From Utricularia gibba (taxonomy: Eukaryota > Plantae > Magnoliophyta): a stretch of 64,000 nt of DNA. The stretch covers positions 2,976,001 to 3,040,000 of the forward strand of contig NEEC01000008.1 in the NCBI GenBank assembly GCA_002189035.1, in the 5' to 3' direction. The translations under genes were made by a program, and so were the position numbers. This document shows positions 41,191 through 53,481 of this stretch, in pieces; positions within the stretch are counted from its first letter, which is position 1; each line of letters starts with the position of its first letter. The notes below the pieces were generated by a model. It saw only the letters and a list, made by a program, of their open reading frames with translations, was not told where the DNA came from and searched no databases.

Positions 41191-43020
41191 ATGCTGATGA
41201 GCGAAGAGGGTGTCTCAGGAACCAATGCAATCACGGGTTTGGCTGGCAACATTCTTGAAAATGTGCCAGTATATGGACAGAATGGCAATTCTTCTGGAGT
41301 TAGTTCTCTGTTGACGATTGGACAGGAATTCCCAGACGTGGATACCTGTAGGAGGACTATGAAGGATATAGCTATAGCAATGCATTTTGAGATTCGCATC
41401 GTAAAATCTGATAGAAGTAGGTTCATAGCGAGGTGTTCAAAAGTTGGTTGTCCATGGCGTGTCCATGTGGCTAAGTGTCCCGGAGTTCCCACATTTACTG
41501 TCAGAACACTTCAAGGGGAGCACACATGTGAAGGGGTCCAAAGTCTTCATCATCAGCAGGCATCAGTGGGTTGGGTTGCTAGGTCTGTGGTAGCGCGTGT
41601 GAGGGACAATCCACAATATAAGCCAAAGGAGATTCTGCAGGATATACGTGATCAACACGGGGTTGCTGTTTCTTACATGCAAGCATGGCGAGGCAAGGAA
41701 CGCAGCATGGCTGCTTTACATGGGACTTACGAGGAAAGTTTCAAACTTCTCCCTGCATATTGTGAACAGATAAGGACAACGAATCCAGGAAGCTTTGCTT
41801 CGGTTATTGCCACAGGACCAGATAGTTGTTTTCAGCGATTATTTGTTTCATACAACGCTGCCATCTATGGATTCGTTAATGCTTGCCGGCCACTTTTGGA
41901 ATTGGAGAGAGTTCATCTCAAGGGGAAGTACCTAGGTACACTCTTCTGTGCTGCGGCAATTGATGCTGATGGCTCCCTTTTTCCATTAGCAATTGCTGTT
42001 GTAGATGTTGAGAGTGACTCCAACTGGATGTGGTTCATTTCGGAGCTAAGAAAGTTACTCGGTGTAAACACTGATAGTATGCCCCAGTTGACAATACTCT
42101 CTGAGAGGACACCGGGCATGGTAGGAGCTGTTGAGGTGCATTTTCCAAATGCATTTCATGGTTTTTGCCTGCGCTACATCAGTGAAAACTTCCGTGATAC
42201 ATTTAAAAACTCGAAACTGGTGAACATCTTTTGGAATGTCGTATATGCATTGACCACAGCAGAATTTGAAAGCAGAGTAGCTGAGATGGTCCAGATTTCA
42301 CCAGATGTCATGCGATGGCTTAATGATTTCAATCCTCAGCTCTGGGCCGTGGCTTACTTCGAAGGAGTACGATATGGACATTTTTCATTGGCCTCCACTG
42401 AACTTTTATACAACTGGGCGTTGGAATGCCATGAGCTCCCTCTGGTGGAAATGATGGAGCACATAAGGCAGCAGGTATCATCATGGTTCAATGATCGCCG
42501 TGAGATGGGCATGCGGCTGACATCAATTCTCGTACCATCTGCAGAGAAGCAGATTGCTGAAGCGATGGCAGATGCTCGTTGCTACAAGGTACTCCGTGCA
42601 AATGAAGTGGAGTTTGAGATCGTTTCTACTGAGAGGACAAACATTGTAGATATAAGGAACCGTGTCTGCTCTTGCCGTCGTTGGCAGCTCTATGGTCTTC
42701 CATGCGCACATGCCGCAGCGGCACTTATGTCCTGTGGGCAGAATGTTCATCTGTTTGCTGACCACTGCTTCACCTTACGCAGCTACCGTGACACCTACTC
42801 ACAGATGATATACATGATACCAGATAAAAGCCTCTGGAAGGAGGGGATGCTACAGGTGAGTGGCATGATCATCTCCCCTCCCAAAACCAGAAGACCCCCA
42901 GGAAGGCCCAAGAAGAAGGTCTTGAGAGTGGAGAGCCTGAAGCGCCCTAAACGAGTCGTCCAATGTGGGCGATGCCGGATGCTCGGTCACTCCCAGAAGA
43001 AGTGTGTGCAGCCAATGTAG
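41191..43020 (+). CDS. MUG4: MUSTANG-family domesticated Mutator transposase (MUG4-like)
   Basis: Intact 609-aa single-exon ORF with MuDR (IGQEFPDVDTCRR), MULE (KGKYLGTL...FPLAIAVVDVES..NW.WF), SWIM (CSCRRWQLYGLPCAHA) and a C-terminal CGRC..LGHSQKKC knuckle. No TIRs seen. Confidence 0.9.
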   Translation: MLMSEEGVSGTNAITGLAGNILENVPVYGQNGNSSGVSSLLTIGQEFPDVDTCRRTMKDIAIAMHFEIRIVKSDRSRFIARCSKVGCPWRVHVAKCPGVPTFTVRTLQGEHTCEGVQSLHHQQASVGWVARSVVARVRDNPQYKPKEILQDIRDQHGVAVSYMQAWRGKERSMAALHGTYEESFKLLPAYCEQIRTTNPGSFASVIATGPDSCFQRLFVSYNAAIYGFVNACRPLLELERVHLKGKYLGTLFCAAAIDADGSLFPLAIAVVDVESDSNWMWFISELRKLLGVNTDSMPQLTILSERTPGMVGAVEVHFPNAFHGFCLRYISENFRDTFKNSKLVNIFWNVVYALTTAEFESRVAEMVQISPDVMRWLNDFNPQLWAVAYFEGVRYGHFSLASTELLYNWALECHELPLVEMMEHIRQQVSSWFNDRREMGMRLTSILVPSAEKQIAEAMADARCYKVLRANEVEFEIVSTERTNIVDIRNRVCSCRRWQLYGLPCAHAAAALMSCGQNVHLFADHCFTLRSYRDTYSQMIYMIPDKSLWKEGMLQVSGMIISPPKTRRPPGRPKKKVLRVESLKRPKRVVQCGRCRMLGHSQKKCVQPM

Positions 43021-43644
43021 CACTCAGGTCGATCTTCATATTCTTTGTTACTAAGCCAGCAACTGCTCCTCCTCGGGTCTCATCACCATGCTTGTAGCGG
43101 TAAAAATGTTGGTGCATACTGATGGTATACTACTCTCCTGTCATCACCATTGTGCTTCTGCATATAATCATTGCTTTCTCTGTGTCTTTTTTTTGTTGCA
43201 ATGGGGTAGTGTGTAATTTTATGTTGGATTTTTCTAGGCATGACTTCTTATTCAATGAAAACACCATACTCTTGCCACTCACCATTGTGCTACAAGTGAT
43301 TTGATTTCACCAAATCCTTATCTTTACTCCTTGTTGGTGCAGGGCACCTATCAGAACTAATCATCCACCTAACAAACGCATTCTTGTCTAGAAGCTTAAA
43401 ACATTAGCTGTCACGCATTGACTGAATCAAAGATGGAGTACTGTACACAATTCAGGAACCAATAAAATACCAAAATGATTCACAAGGGGTTCTAAACCAC
43501 TGGTACAAGATGAAGACATGGTCTAGTCACGTGATCAGGAGCCTCATGGTCATCTTATCTGCGGCTGTACTTCTTCGGGCGGAAAACTTGCAACAGAAAA
43601 CACCCAATGCCTTAAGGTCTCTTCTACAAGGCTTTCAGAAGCAG

Positions 43645-44162
43645 TCAAGGGTCGGGCTCAGAGCCCGCCGGCGAGCGGCAAAGTGGGCAGTTGGTGCGCC
43701 ACATGTCGATGCACGGAGCATGAAAAACATGCTTGCAGTTGGGCAGTCGCTTCACCTCGTCGCCTTGTTCGAACACAGACAGGCAAACCGCGCACTCCTC
43801 ATCTGCTGTTACAAAATGAATGAGCATGGTTGTGTTTGCCCGCCATCACAAAATTATGATGCTTTAATGAAGATTCTACCTTTCTTCTCTTGTTTCTCGT
43901 ACTTGAAGCTTGGCAAGGAGCTCCAACGAGTTGGCTTTGTGTACGGGCATTCGGGGCTTGTTTCCATCGCCCGTGGAGGCCGAGGCCGGTCGGTCAGAGT
44001 ATCAGGGCGGCAGCACTTCACGGAGATGAGCTTGTACAACGCCAGTACGGCGGTGACCGCTCCGATGACGATGATTCCGAAGTCCAGCAATTGCATGAAG
44101 GGGTGATGCGGCGAATGAACCACCGGAGAGGGGCCGGAGCTGGGAACCAAGAGTTCCCTCAT
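43645..44162 (-). CDS. ATL-family RING-H2 E3 ligase with one intron
   Basis: Hydrophobic segment [19 protein letters not shown] and GLD-like SSLPSFKY. After a 74-nt GT-AG intron (43806..43879) the RING reads [41 protein letters not shown]. Confidence 0.8.
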
Positions 44163-44942
44163 GGGGGCGGACGTTCTGCGTTGATTGAGAGATATGCAGT
44201 TGACTCTTTAAATTGCCGTTGCCTTTTTAAAGATAGAAACTAACCCCCAGCGACTCTTGAACCTCTAACCGCCGGGTCAAACCGGTCAAGTCACACTTTT
44301 CTTCTTTAAATTTCATTTCCGTCCGGTTCAACCGACTCATATATCTTGAACCATTTCAAAATAAGTTTTTGATTTCTATTTTAAAAAGAAAAAAATTCAA
44401 AAACGTTTCTTATCTTAATAGAATCAATTTATAAAAAAATAATTTTCAATAAACACAATAAAATAGAGCTCGACATTTTCCTTATGGTAAAAAAAAACAT
44501 TTTTTAATTCCGACTTGAGGATAAGATTTATAAAAAGTCACCCCACCCCATTACCAAGTCAAATGTGTTTTTTTTTTCATTGAATCATATTTTATTTTAT
44601 TTTATTGAAAATATTTCCTCAAAAAAGGGGGAAAAACAGTGCTTCCAGGTCCCACTAAATTACTAGCCGAAATTGGTTGTTCAGTAGCAACAATTGCTTT
44701 TTTCGAAAAATAATTTATTTATTTATTTGGACAGAAGAGGAAGTGGTTGGTTGGTTGTCGTTAGGTTTTTCCTATAAATGATGTGTCATTTCTCTTTTAC
44801 TATTACAAGTGCTACAATGCATTTATGAGATGGTCCACTAAAAAAATAAATTAATTGTTTTTTAATTAAGGGTTTTAAGATTCCCAATTAACAATTCCTT
44901 TTGTATTAAAATAAAAAATATTATTAAAATTGATTTTTTTTC

Positions 44943-44964
44943 ATATATATATATATATATATAT
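44943..44964. repeat. (AT)11 microsatellite
   Basis: Read directly from the sequence. Confidence 0.9.
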
Positions 44965-45408
44965 TATAACATAGTGAGATTTCTTAATCACCCATGTGAT
45001 TTGAATTCCAAAATATCAATAGGGTTGAAAACTTAGAATTAGGTTTTGATTCCTCAATCAAACAAAATTCATGATTCCCAATCTTTAGTTTCTACAAATT
45101 GAAATCATATTGGATTGTGGGTCTCAATTCCCAAACAATTGTTTGCAGTCATAACCTAATCAAACCCTTGATTGCAATCCAATACAGTTTTGATTGTAAT
45201 CAATGTTTGATTTGAACTCAACTACTACCAGGTCAAACCTACAGAAAAAAATTCATTTTTTGCAGGTAACAGAGCTTTATCCCTGCCCATATTTCAAACC
45301 TCACTGGCTCATGTTCCAAGGAAACCAAGTTTATGTTACTGAACTATTTCCCTCAGTAGTGAATAAAAATTGAAGCTTTGTTGAACATGAAATGTAAGCA
45401 AAATCAAA

Positions 45409-47135
45409 TCAAGCCTCGCTTAATGAACTCAACAAAGAGTCTACATCCGGAGTCACAACTGCCCGTCTGCTGATTTCTCCCAAGTTGGTGCAAGCTCCCC
45501 GTCTGAGGTTGATGGCAACAGCTTTCTGAGAGAACCCACAGTTCACTCCCGGAGATACCTGAGGAAAGAATGAGCACCAACATCAGTGACTGTGCTTCTT
45601 CAAGTTATAGTTTTTAATGGATGGGCATCCGTTACTTCGTGGAGGATGTCACCAATCTTCAGTTTTATAGCACCGCTTTTGTAGACTAGCATCTTTCCCA
45701 TGAGGCCACCTTGTAGTTTTGCCAGGGGAGTCTCCTGCCTCTTCTTATCTCCTTCAGGGTATTGATTTGGGTATGGCAAAACTCTTGGCAGTTGAATGAA
45801 GAGCAGTTCATCATCTGGATTCGGATCCTGTTGAATATGGAAAACAATACAAACGACGTTTAACTATGAGGTTTGAGTAGGAGCTGGTTAAGATGACCAC
45901 AGGTGGATAATACCTGCAAGCCTAGCTCTTTAGCTGGATTGAAATCCTTCTCATGGTCAGCTAATGAATTCTTGGAATCTTCTCCGAATTCCTCTTTGTC
46001 AAGAATGTCTAGAGGAGCAGAGAAGTAACTGGATTCAGAAGCAAAGTTGCAAATGTTTTGTTGTCTGGATGAAATGCAGCAGTACCTGGATTTCCAGAGT
46101 ACGGCTTTCTCCATGGCAGTGTTACAGGATACTGGGAGTTGTAATCCTACAAATGGTATTCAATGAAGTCAAGAATGGCGATACATAGGTGCTTGCAGCA
46201 GGGATGAGGATACTTTGGAAAAAACGAAATCACTAAGTTTTCAGAGGATCAAAGAAGAGAGGGAGGGGGATGGCCATTGAGTCACGGATCCTTACCCAAG
46301 GTTCGGTGTATTCTTTTTTCACCTTTTTCTCTTCACCTGCAGGTAGAGATTGCCATCAAACACTGTCCAGAAACTTTAGTTTTCCCAAGATACAATTGGA
46401 TTACCAAATGAAGAGCCAAATGACTTTATGGAAGAAGAGGGTAGTGCTGCTCCAGGGCGAACACCATATTCAACTTTAACAGGCTTAACTGGATGTTCCA
46501 AGAAAGCAATCAAAAGTTTAGTAATTGAGAAGCGACAAGAACTGAAGAGCAATAAAGGGAAGAATATCAAACGCTCCCCATAAAGATCATATTTTTCCTG
46601 TAGCAAAGCCAGAACTAATTTGCTTACCTTCCCTTTCAACTTTAGGCTTAAATCTAGAAGACGCTTCCTGCAACGAAGTTGACCGTGAACATGCAATGCA
46701 AAAGATGAAAACTTCGAGTCAATGCAGCAGGTTAAAGATCCACACTTACTCTAAACCGCCTCATCAACTCCTCCGCTTGACGGGCATCGATTTCATCTTC
46801 AACCTTCTCACTGAGACAAATACAGAAAAGGTTAAAGGCCAGTAGGTAGTTTCCATGGAGCAAACAATATTATGCCAAGATGGTTACACTTTAGGCACCA
46901 CCACAGGCTTTTGGTCTCTGTTGATAGGTTTAGGTGCAAATCTCATCTGCATCAACCAAAAGGAATGACAAAAGAATAAGAACAAGAACCATCACGTTCG
47001 GCATTAAAGGTATTGCGGCATTACTCCACCTTCTGCCCTATCAATAAAGAATTTGACATGTTACAAAGAAAACACGATCCGGGCTAATACCTTCCTCGCT
47101 GGAGGCCGAGAAGCATCGCCGTCGGGTTTCATGTT
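45409..47135 (-). CDS. RPC4: RNA polymerase III subunit RPC4-like
   Basis: RKMRFAPKP, KKEYTEPWDYNSQYPVTLPWRKPYSGNP, LLFIQLP, GKMLVYKSGAIKLKIGD and VSPGVNCGFSQKAVAIN...RAVVTPDVDSLL; the exons I traced join in frame. Confidence 0.88.
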
Positions 47136-47677
47136 GGGGTCCATGGAAATCAATCCAATCCACTTACAGAGAACAACGATCACTATACACACAACTGCAA
47201 CCAATGCATTGCCCAAAGATTAGAACCCGTCAAGCCGATGATCCCATCACGAATTTGCATGATCAGTACATCGATATGAATCCAAAAGTATCGAACTTGT
47301 AACATACCAAGACGAATGAATGCTTTGCTTTCTCGGAAAACAACAAAAAAAATAACACAGCAAAGGAGAGTATAAGAACAGTCGTGAAGGGCGGTGGCGG
47401 CTGCCTTTTAGGGTTTAGAATCGAATCCGCAGATGATACGATTCATATCCATGAAGATCACCTTCAAAGATTGACCTTTTATATCTTGCCTTTTTGTAGA
47501 AAAAAAATATTAAACCAGATATCCTATACCGCAATATTCGGATGGGAACTTCTGATATCAATGAAGATGTGAAATCAGTCTAAAATTTGACACTGCATGT
47601 GCCCACTTGAGATTAGATTCCTAGGTATATAAAAGTCTTGATCTTGGGAAGAGAGAGACAGAGTCACAAGAAAGATG

Positions 47678-48865
47678 CTAAAATCCTAGTTTCTTGCGGC
47701 CTGGGCGGATTGCGCTGTTGTCATCATGGTGATGTTTGCATACTGAATAGCTGTGTGCTGCAAGGAGTACTCGTCCGAGAGGCCATACTCTGTGAAGCTC
47801 GGCGCGATGTGCACAAAATGGCCCGGCAGAGATCTTTTCAGCAATGCTTCTTGCCACATGTTGAAGAATTCCGCAATTATCTGATGTGATTTTTCCCACG
47901 ATGAAATAGGGAGGTATTCTATCTGCATGAGAATCACTAGTTACATACATGTCATCTAAAAGAATGATCATCAGGCCCAACTGTGACCACATTCTTGCAG
48001 GGCACCAAGAAAAGACAGGGATTAGTTCAACCATTCTCAATCAGCCGTAAAGATATTGACACTTAAAATGCCTCGCGGTAAGACTAAAAAGAACTGACTC
48101 CTGAGAGAATAGATAGATGTTTTAGTGAGGAGTTTCACCTCCATGACTATGCCCCTCAAATTTTCAGAGTTCATGGGAACCACCTTCCCTACTCGTAACT
48201 GAAAATCACCAACTTGATACAAGTTGCCCTGTAAAATGATCACTTCTCAAAATCCAATACACCTACTTGATACAAGAAACTGATGACACTAGGAAAAAAA
48301 CCACCAACCTCAAAACATAGAGCAACTCGAGTTTTATATGACTGCAACTTCTCCATTATCGTTTGGATACTGGAGTCTGCCTCAACTACGAGGCGTTGCC
48401 CTCTGAGTACCAAGAAGTACTTACTGGGTTGATCGGAAAGTGAAATCCCAACAAAATCACGAGGAAACTCATTCCCAGTCGGTTGTTCTTCAGATCATCA
48501 AAATTTAAAAATAAAACGGCGTATAAGTGTTTTTACAAATTACAGAGTAATCAAGAAAAGAAGGAACTTGACTTCATAGTTAGTTCTGGTACCTCTAGTC
48601 ATGGCTTTGTAGAAACTGAGAGTCGATTTCCATCGGCCTTCCTTGACACCATTAAAGCTCTCAGCACACTGGCACACCTCCGACAGCACTTGCGAGTTTA
48701 CCGTGGTGCCCGGATTCGATTGCCAATGCAGTATCCTGCATACATTAACGCATCCTCTTCATTCTGTATCTGCTGAATCGTAACCGAAGACGAAACCTGG
48801 ATGAGAAAATCGTAGAAATCATCGGCGCCGATGGCCAATTTCTCGTCTAACCATTTAACCGGCAT
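47678..48865 (-). CDS. MED20a: Mediator subunit 20
   Basis: [22 protein letters not shown]...[46 protein letters not shown]...QHTAIQYA; five exons. Confidence 0.95.
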
Positions 48866-49137
48866 TCTTCCAGATGGCGAACGCTGCCGGAAATCAAAAT
48901 TGGGAATTAGGGTTTATCTGTGAATAAATATTACCTTTTTAATATACATATAGTATTAAATGTATTTATGAATTATTATTTTATTTATTAAACATTCTTA
49001 CAAAATCTACGGAGTGGCATTTCAAACGCCAAACGTGGGACTTTGAAGAGATATTTCCCAGAAAGCTGTCGTCGAGCATCACTCTCGAAGAGTCGAAACG
49101 TTCAGCCGCCAATCCGTCATTCTGTTGGCCGCCGCGG

Positions 49138-49945
49138 ATGGCCGGAAGTTTTTCAACTCCGATTGTTATTCTCTCTGATGAAGAGGTACATGAGATTCAT
49201 TCACCTTTTCCCCTGTGCTCCTCAGTTTTCTTACATGGCTTTTCAGTTCCAAGAAAGTTCTTTTCTGAGTAAAAAGACTGTGGTTCAAATGTAACATTAC
49301 AGGAACCCACCAATGAAATATCCCCTGTTGGAGAATTTACAGGGAGAAGGGCTACCAGATCCACTGTAAAATTTCAGAATGCTGATGAGACCGCCAGTGA
49401 AGCTACTGAACCCGAGACGGAGTCGGAAGAAGAAGATTGTGCTGATAAACTTGATGGGGAAGGGATAGATGAAGATGGCTCACTCTATCTTACAGGGAAG
49501 CCACGATTTGACGTTGTTATCTGTAAATCGCACGTCGGAAGTTGCCCTCAAATGGTAACTTAACACCATTAAAAATACGGGATCTAATTCAGCCGAATGC
49601 AAAATGACTTTTTTTTGGAATAATTGCTTTTCTGGGTCACAGTATATACCGAGGAGGATTAATGATGTTCTTCCACATGCAACGACGCGGGCTTTTATCA
49701 GATATCAGAACAAGACATGGAATACAGTATACTACGGAAAAGAGTCTCGCCCAAGGCTTCGATGTGCGGGCTGGGTAGCCTTCGTGAAAGACAGCAGTCT
49801 TCGTGTTGGAGATGCCTGCGTTTTCGAAGTGATGCAAAACAGGAGGAGCATGATCGAGTTCCGTGTTCAAATTCTGCGGCGTGATGTCCCTCCGGAGCTC
49901 GCTGCTTATCTCGAAAACAAGGGAGGAGTCCAGAAGTTGCTTTGA
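49138..49945 (+). CDS. Single B3-domain protein (REM-like)
   Basis: Exons at 49138..49185, about 49283..49554 and about 49643..49945. B3 features GKPRFDVVICKSHV...W.TVYYG...GWVAFVKDSSLRVGDACVFEV...FRVQILR. Confidence 0.82.
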
Positions 49946-50410
49946 TTTGGTCTTTGAAGCTGCTATGTGGCACTCTGCCTTAAGTAATATTCCTCTAGCT
50001 TGAGATATAGTTTGTAGCAATTCAGGTACGAGTAAATAACATATGAATCTTTTCTCGTCAGAGGGCCTTTTGAATTTGGGATAAAAAAAGGAACGAAGAC
50101 ATGCGAGGTTGCTTTTTGATTAATTTTCCAGCAAATCACAGTGGTTTCATGTCAAGGAGTCATGTTGATGACAGGAGATGCATAGGGAAAATCTGTCGTG
50201 TACCTTTCAGACAACTAAGTAATCACGTTACCAACCAGGGGGAACTTGCAGCAACTAGATGGTAGATCCTGAATTTATGTTCTTTTCCCTCCTGTGGTTG
50301 CAGAATCCCCCAATTGGAGCATTTTCTCCTTGTCTTCTGTCAAATGACAATAAAAGGAATAGTTGGTGAAGCTTATAGAGGGCATTGAATGAAGAACAGT
50401 AGTATTTGAT

Positions 50411-51364
50411 TTACCATTTTGGTGTCAGGAAGAAATCATGCATGGAGCTTGACAGATGAGATGATTCGAGTTCATTGTTGTCTTTGAATGCCCACTCGTC
50501 AAGAAAATGATGCATCGCTTTCTCGGGCTGCTCCCCCCCTCTGCCCAGAGAAGCCACAGAGCTGTATAAATAATGCTGTCGTTGATCATTCCCGGAAAGT
50601 TGTCTTGAACTTTCATCTCACAAGAAGAGTTGTGTGTGGTTTGGGAGAGTCCCAGTTTCCAAGAAAGATCATTCTCTGCGCTTCTTATGGCCCCAGAATT
50701 CGAACTGCCCCTCAATTGTTGCTTCTCAGTTGTTCCTCTATCTTCTCTGTACGCATTTGCAATGAAGCTAAATGCACGCTGAAAACAAAGTTGCCAAAAG
50801 GGAGAAAGCACCTGAAATCTTGGGTAGGGGTGGAGATGGATGCATTGAGATAGAGAGACTCTGCTGCTCGAGGTTGAGTCAAGACTTCCACAGGCTTTCT
50901 TGAACGGTTTCTTCCTCGATGCATGTGCCTCTCACAGTACTTGGAATCTCTGTACACTTCTTTGGAGCATCTCCATTTCTTGCCATCAGTTCTTCTGCAT
51001 CTCCCTGGCTCTGGGTCTACTTTTCTACCTAATCCCATGTGAAAGCCACCACTCCATCCAACTGCAAAACCGAAGAAACCATTTTGCTCTGTGCAATAGA
51101 AGCTTAACGCAGAGGTTCAGAGAAAGAACCAAAACAGAGAAAAGGTTCTAGGAGATACATACTTGTTTGATGGTGAGGCTGTTGGAGGAGACACTTGGAG
51201 GCGATTGAAGAGCCTAAGCTTCTTCTAATGGTGAAGAGGAGATCCGGAGGAATAGGCATCCCGGAAATCAGATACTTGTAAACAAGAGATTGGTGCTCAA
51301 GTTCTTGCCATTGGGAAGTAGTAAAAAGGCATTTGCTTCTTCCTCCAAAACTTTCACCCATCAT
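50411..51364 (-). CDS. GRF: Growth-regulating factor (QLQ + WRC) with an apparent frameshift in exon 3
   Basis: QLQ: [33 protein letters not shown]: [44 protein letters not shown]. The spliced frame stops at 50425; the FFD-like MHHFLDEW motif is in another frame ending at 50411. Confidence 0.92.
50886..50906 (-). promoter_or_regulatory. miR396 target site in the GRF WRC coding region
   Basis: The mRNA-sense sequence CGTTCAAGAAAGCCTGTGGAA is the canonical GRF miR396 site (encodes RSRKPVE). Confidence 0.95.
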
Positions 51365-53481
51365 TATATTACCAACAGAAGCACAAGAAGAAGAAGAAGC
51401 AGAAGAGCAACGAAAGGGAAGTGGTAAATACTAATGCCTTGAGGAGTTGCAGAAGAGTAGGTTTATTTACTTCAGGGACCAGTTCGGTTTGTGGGGTTGA
51501 AATGCAACTGTGTAAATCACACTGCCCCATGTTCTCTGTTTTTCGTGTTAATGGCCTGTTTCTCTTACACAATTGAGTTGCAGTCGCAGAGGCATTATGA
51601 GCACTACTACTTTGCCTCTGCCACTGCAAACTTGCAGGCGCCTGTCTCTGACTCAAAACATACGGAAATCTATAAAAAAATCAACATGTGGAAGCCTTTC
51701 TTTCTTATAAATATGTTCATAAATGCCAGGGCTACCCTACCCTCACCTGCTACAACCCTCTTCTTCTTATCCTTCCACGATTCACACCACACCACAATCA
51801 TACATTTTGCAACAGTTGTGTGCCTGATGTCTTTTTGTAATAACGTGGGGGTTTTTACAGCACAAAATGGAGCTTCTGGTATCTGAGTTTTCTTTTGCCA
51901 GCCGTGAACCATGAGAAAAGTGTGCGGCCTCACCACTTTTCTAGGCAAACCCCTTTGCTTTTTTCTAGTTTCCCTTCACCACCTTTCTCAGAAATTCTGC
52001 AGCCTGTTTCCCCTCCCTTTTTCTTCAACTCTTCTGGAATCATGTGGTAATAAGCCTTCTGAATCTTCAGTAAAATTATGCTTATGAAATGCTCATAAAT
52101 ACATGAAAGAATTTGAGAGAGTTTTGATAGTTCCAAGACAGGGGAAGTGAACAAGGACTCTGCACTGATTTCCTTTTCCTTTACTTTTTTCCTGTTGTAA
52201 GAGAATCTGGCTGCAGTGGAAGCACAGCGTTTGGTCTCTCTATCCATCCCATCTGACACAGCTTCTTTCTCTTTTCACCAGCCCACATGTTCTCAAAAGT
52301 TCCCATTAACAAAAATCACTGTCGCTGCATTACTTACAAACGGCAATCCCCCAGTCTGCAAGCAAGACTGAATGTTACTTCACCTATGCAAGCAATCTTC
52401 TTCAACACAGAAGAAGCTCAGGATCAACTAATCAGAACTCATCTGAAACTAAGCAGAGTTGGTTCATCAGTCTCACTTCACTAATCAGCAGATTTGACAC
52501 TGATATTCTTCAACTGCTTCTCTTGGTTCATGGATTCCTCTGCGCCACTGATGCACTGGAACTGGAAGTGTACAATGCATTTCCAAGAATGAAACGCTTG
52601 ACTATATATGTAGTATCAATGATGGGAAGCTTTAATTGGGCGGTGTGCGCTCAATCAGGCCCATTTCCATATAAACGGGCCCAATGTAAAAGTACAACTT
52701 TAAAAAATGAAGCATAAAGTGATAAATCCCAAGTGGGTTGTGGATGAGATACTCTAGATATCATACTAGTATTTTTTTCAAAAAAAAAAAAACGTAAAAT
52801 CATTCATATGATGAACTCATTCATAGTGCATGAAATACATTGTGTTAGATTACACGTTGACGATTGTTTGAAGAAATAAATATAATTCACTATTTATTTA
52901 TGTGATATTATTCGTTTTGAACACTTAATTTTCATTATTTTACATTCTTTTCTTTTGAATTAAATGTCTCATACAAAATTAAAGAAGATCTATCTATATA
53001 AATTATTCTTTTATCTCATTTATAACTGATATAAAATTCGTTTAAAATCATTTCACTCTTTCTTTGAAGGTGATTGTCATATCAAGTCCTCAACATTTGT
53101 AAAAGGTTATAATGCAAAAATTGTGTGAGTTCCATCCAACAATGTCAACAATATTAATGAATTTATGTTCCCTACTATGAATTTAGATTGCGATGATATC
53201 TTAAGTTTAAGAGAAGCATTTAAATTCAAAAGTTTGTTTTAACCAATAATATAAATAATTGATTAATTGGGATGATATAAATAAAAAAAATGAAAGAGTC
53301 TCTGTAATTGCAAAATGACCGACCGGGTCTGGTACCTGACTCGGTGGTCTCTTTTCTCCATAATATTTTTACAATATATTTTTATTTTTATATTGGATAT
53401 CATAATTTTTATGTAGCCGACATTGTAAGAATACAATAAGCTCTCTCTTGTTTAATATGTATAATTGCCGGGATCGCGTTG

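Noticed and set aside
41191-43020. MuDR ORF as an active Mutator element
   Set aside because: No TIRs or TSD seen, catalytic positions altered, and close similarity to the host gene MUG4.
45409-45560. Suspected frameshift in the last RPC4 exon
   Set aside because: Recounting the bases shows it reads in frame (VSPGVNCGFSQK).
45409-48865. RPC4 next to MED20 as a transcription-machinery cluster
   Set aside because: They serve different polymerases, and adjacency in a gene-dense plant region is expected by chance.
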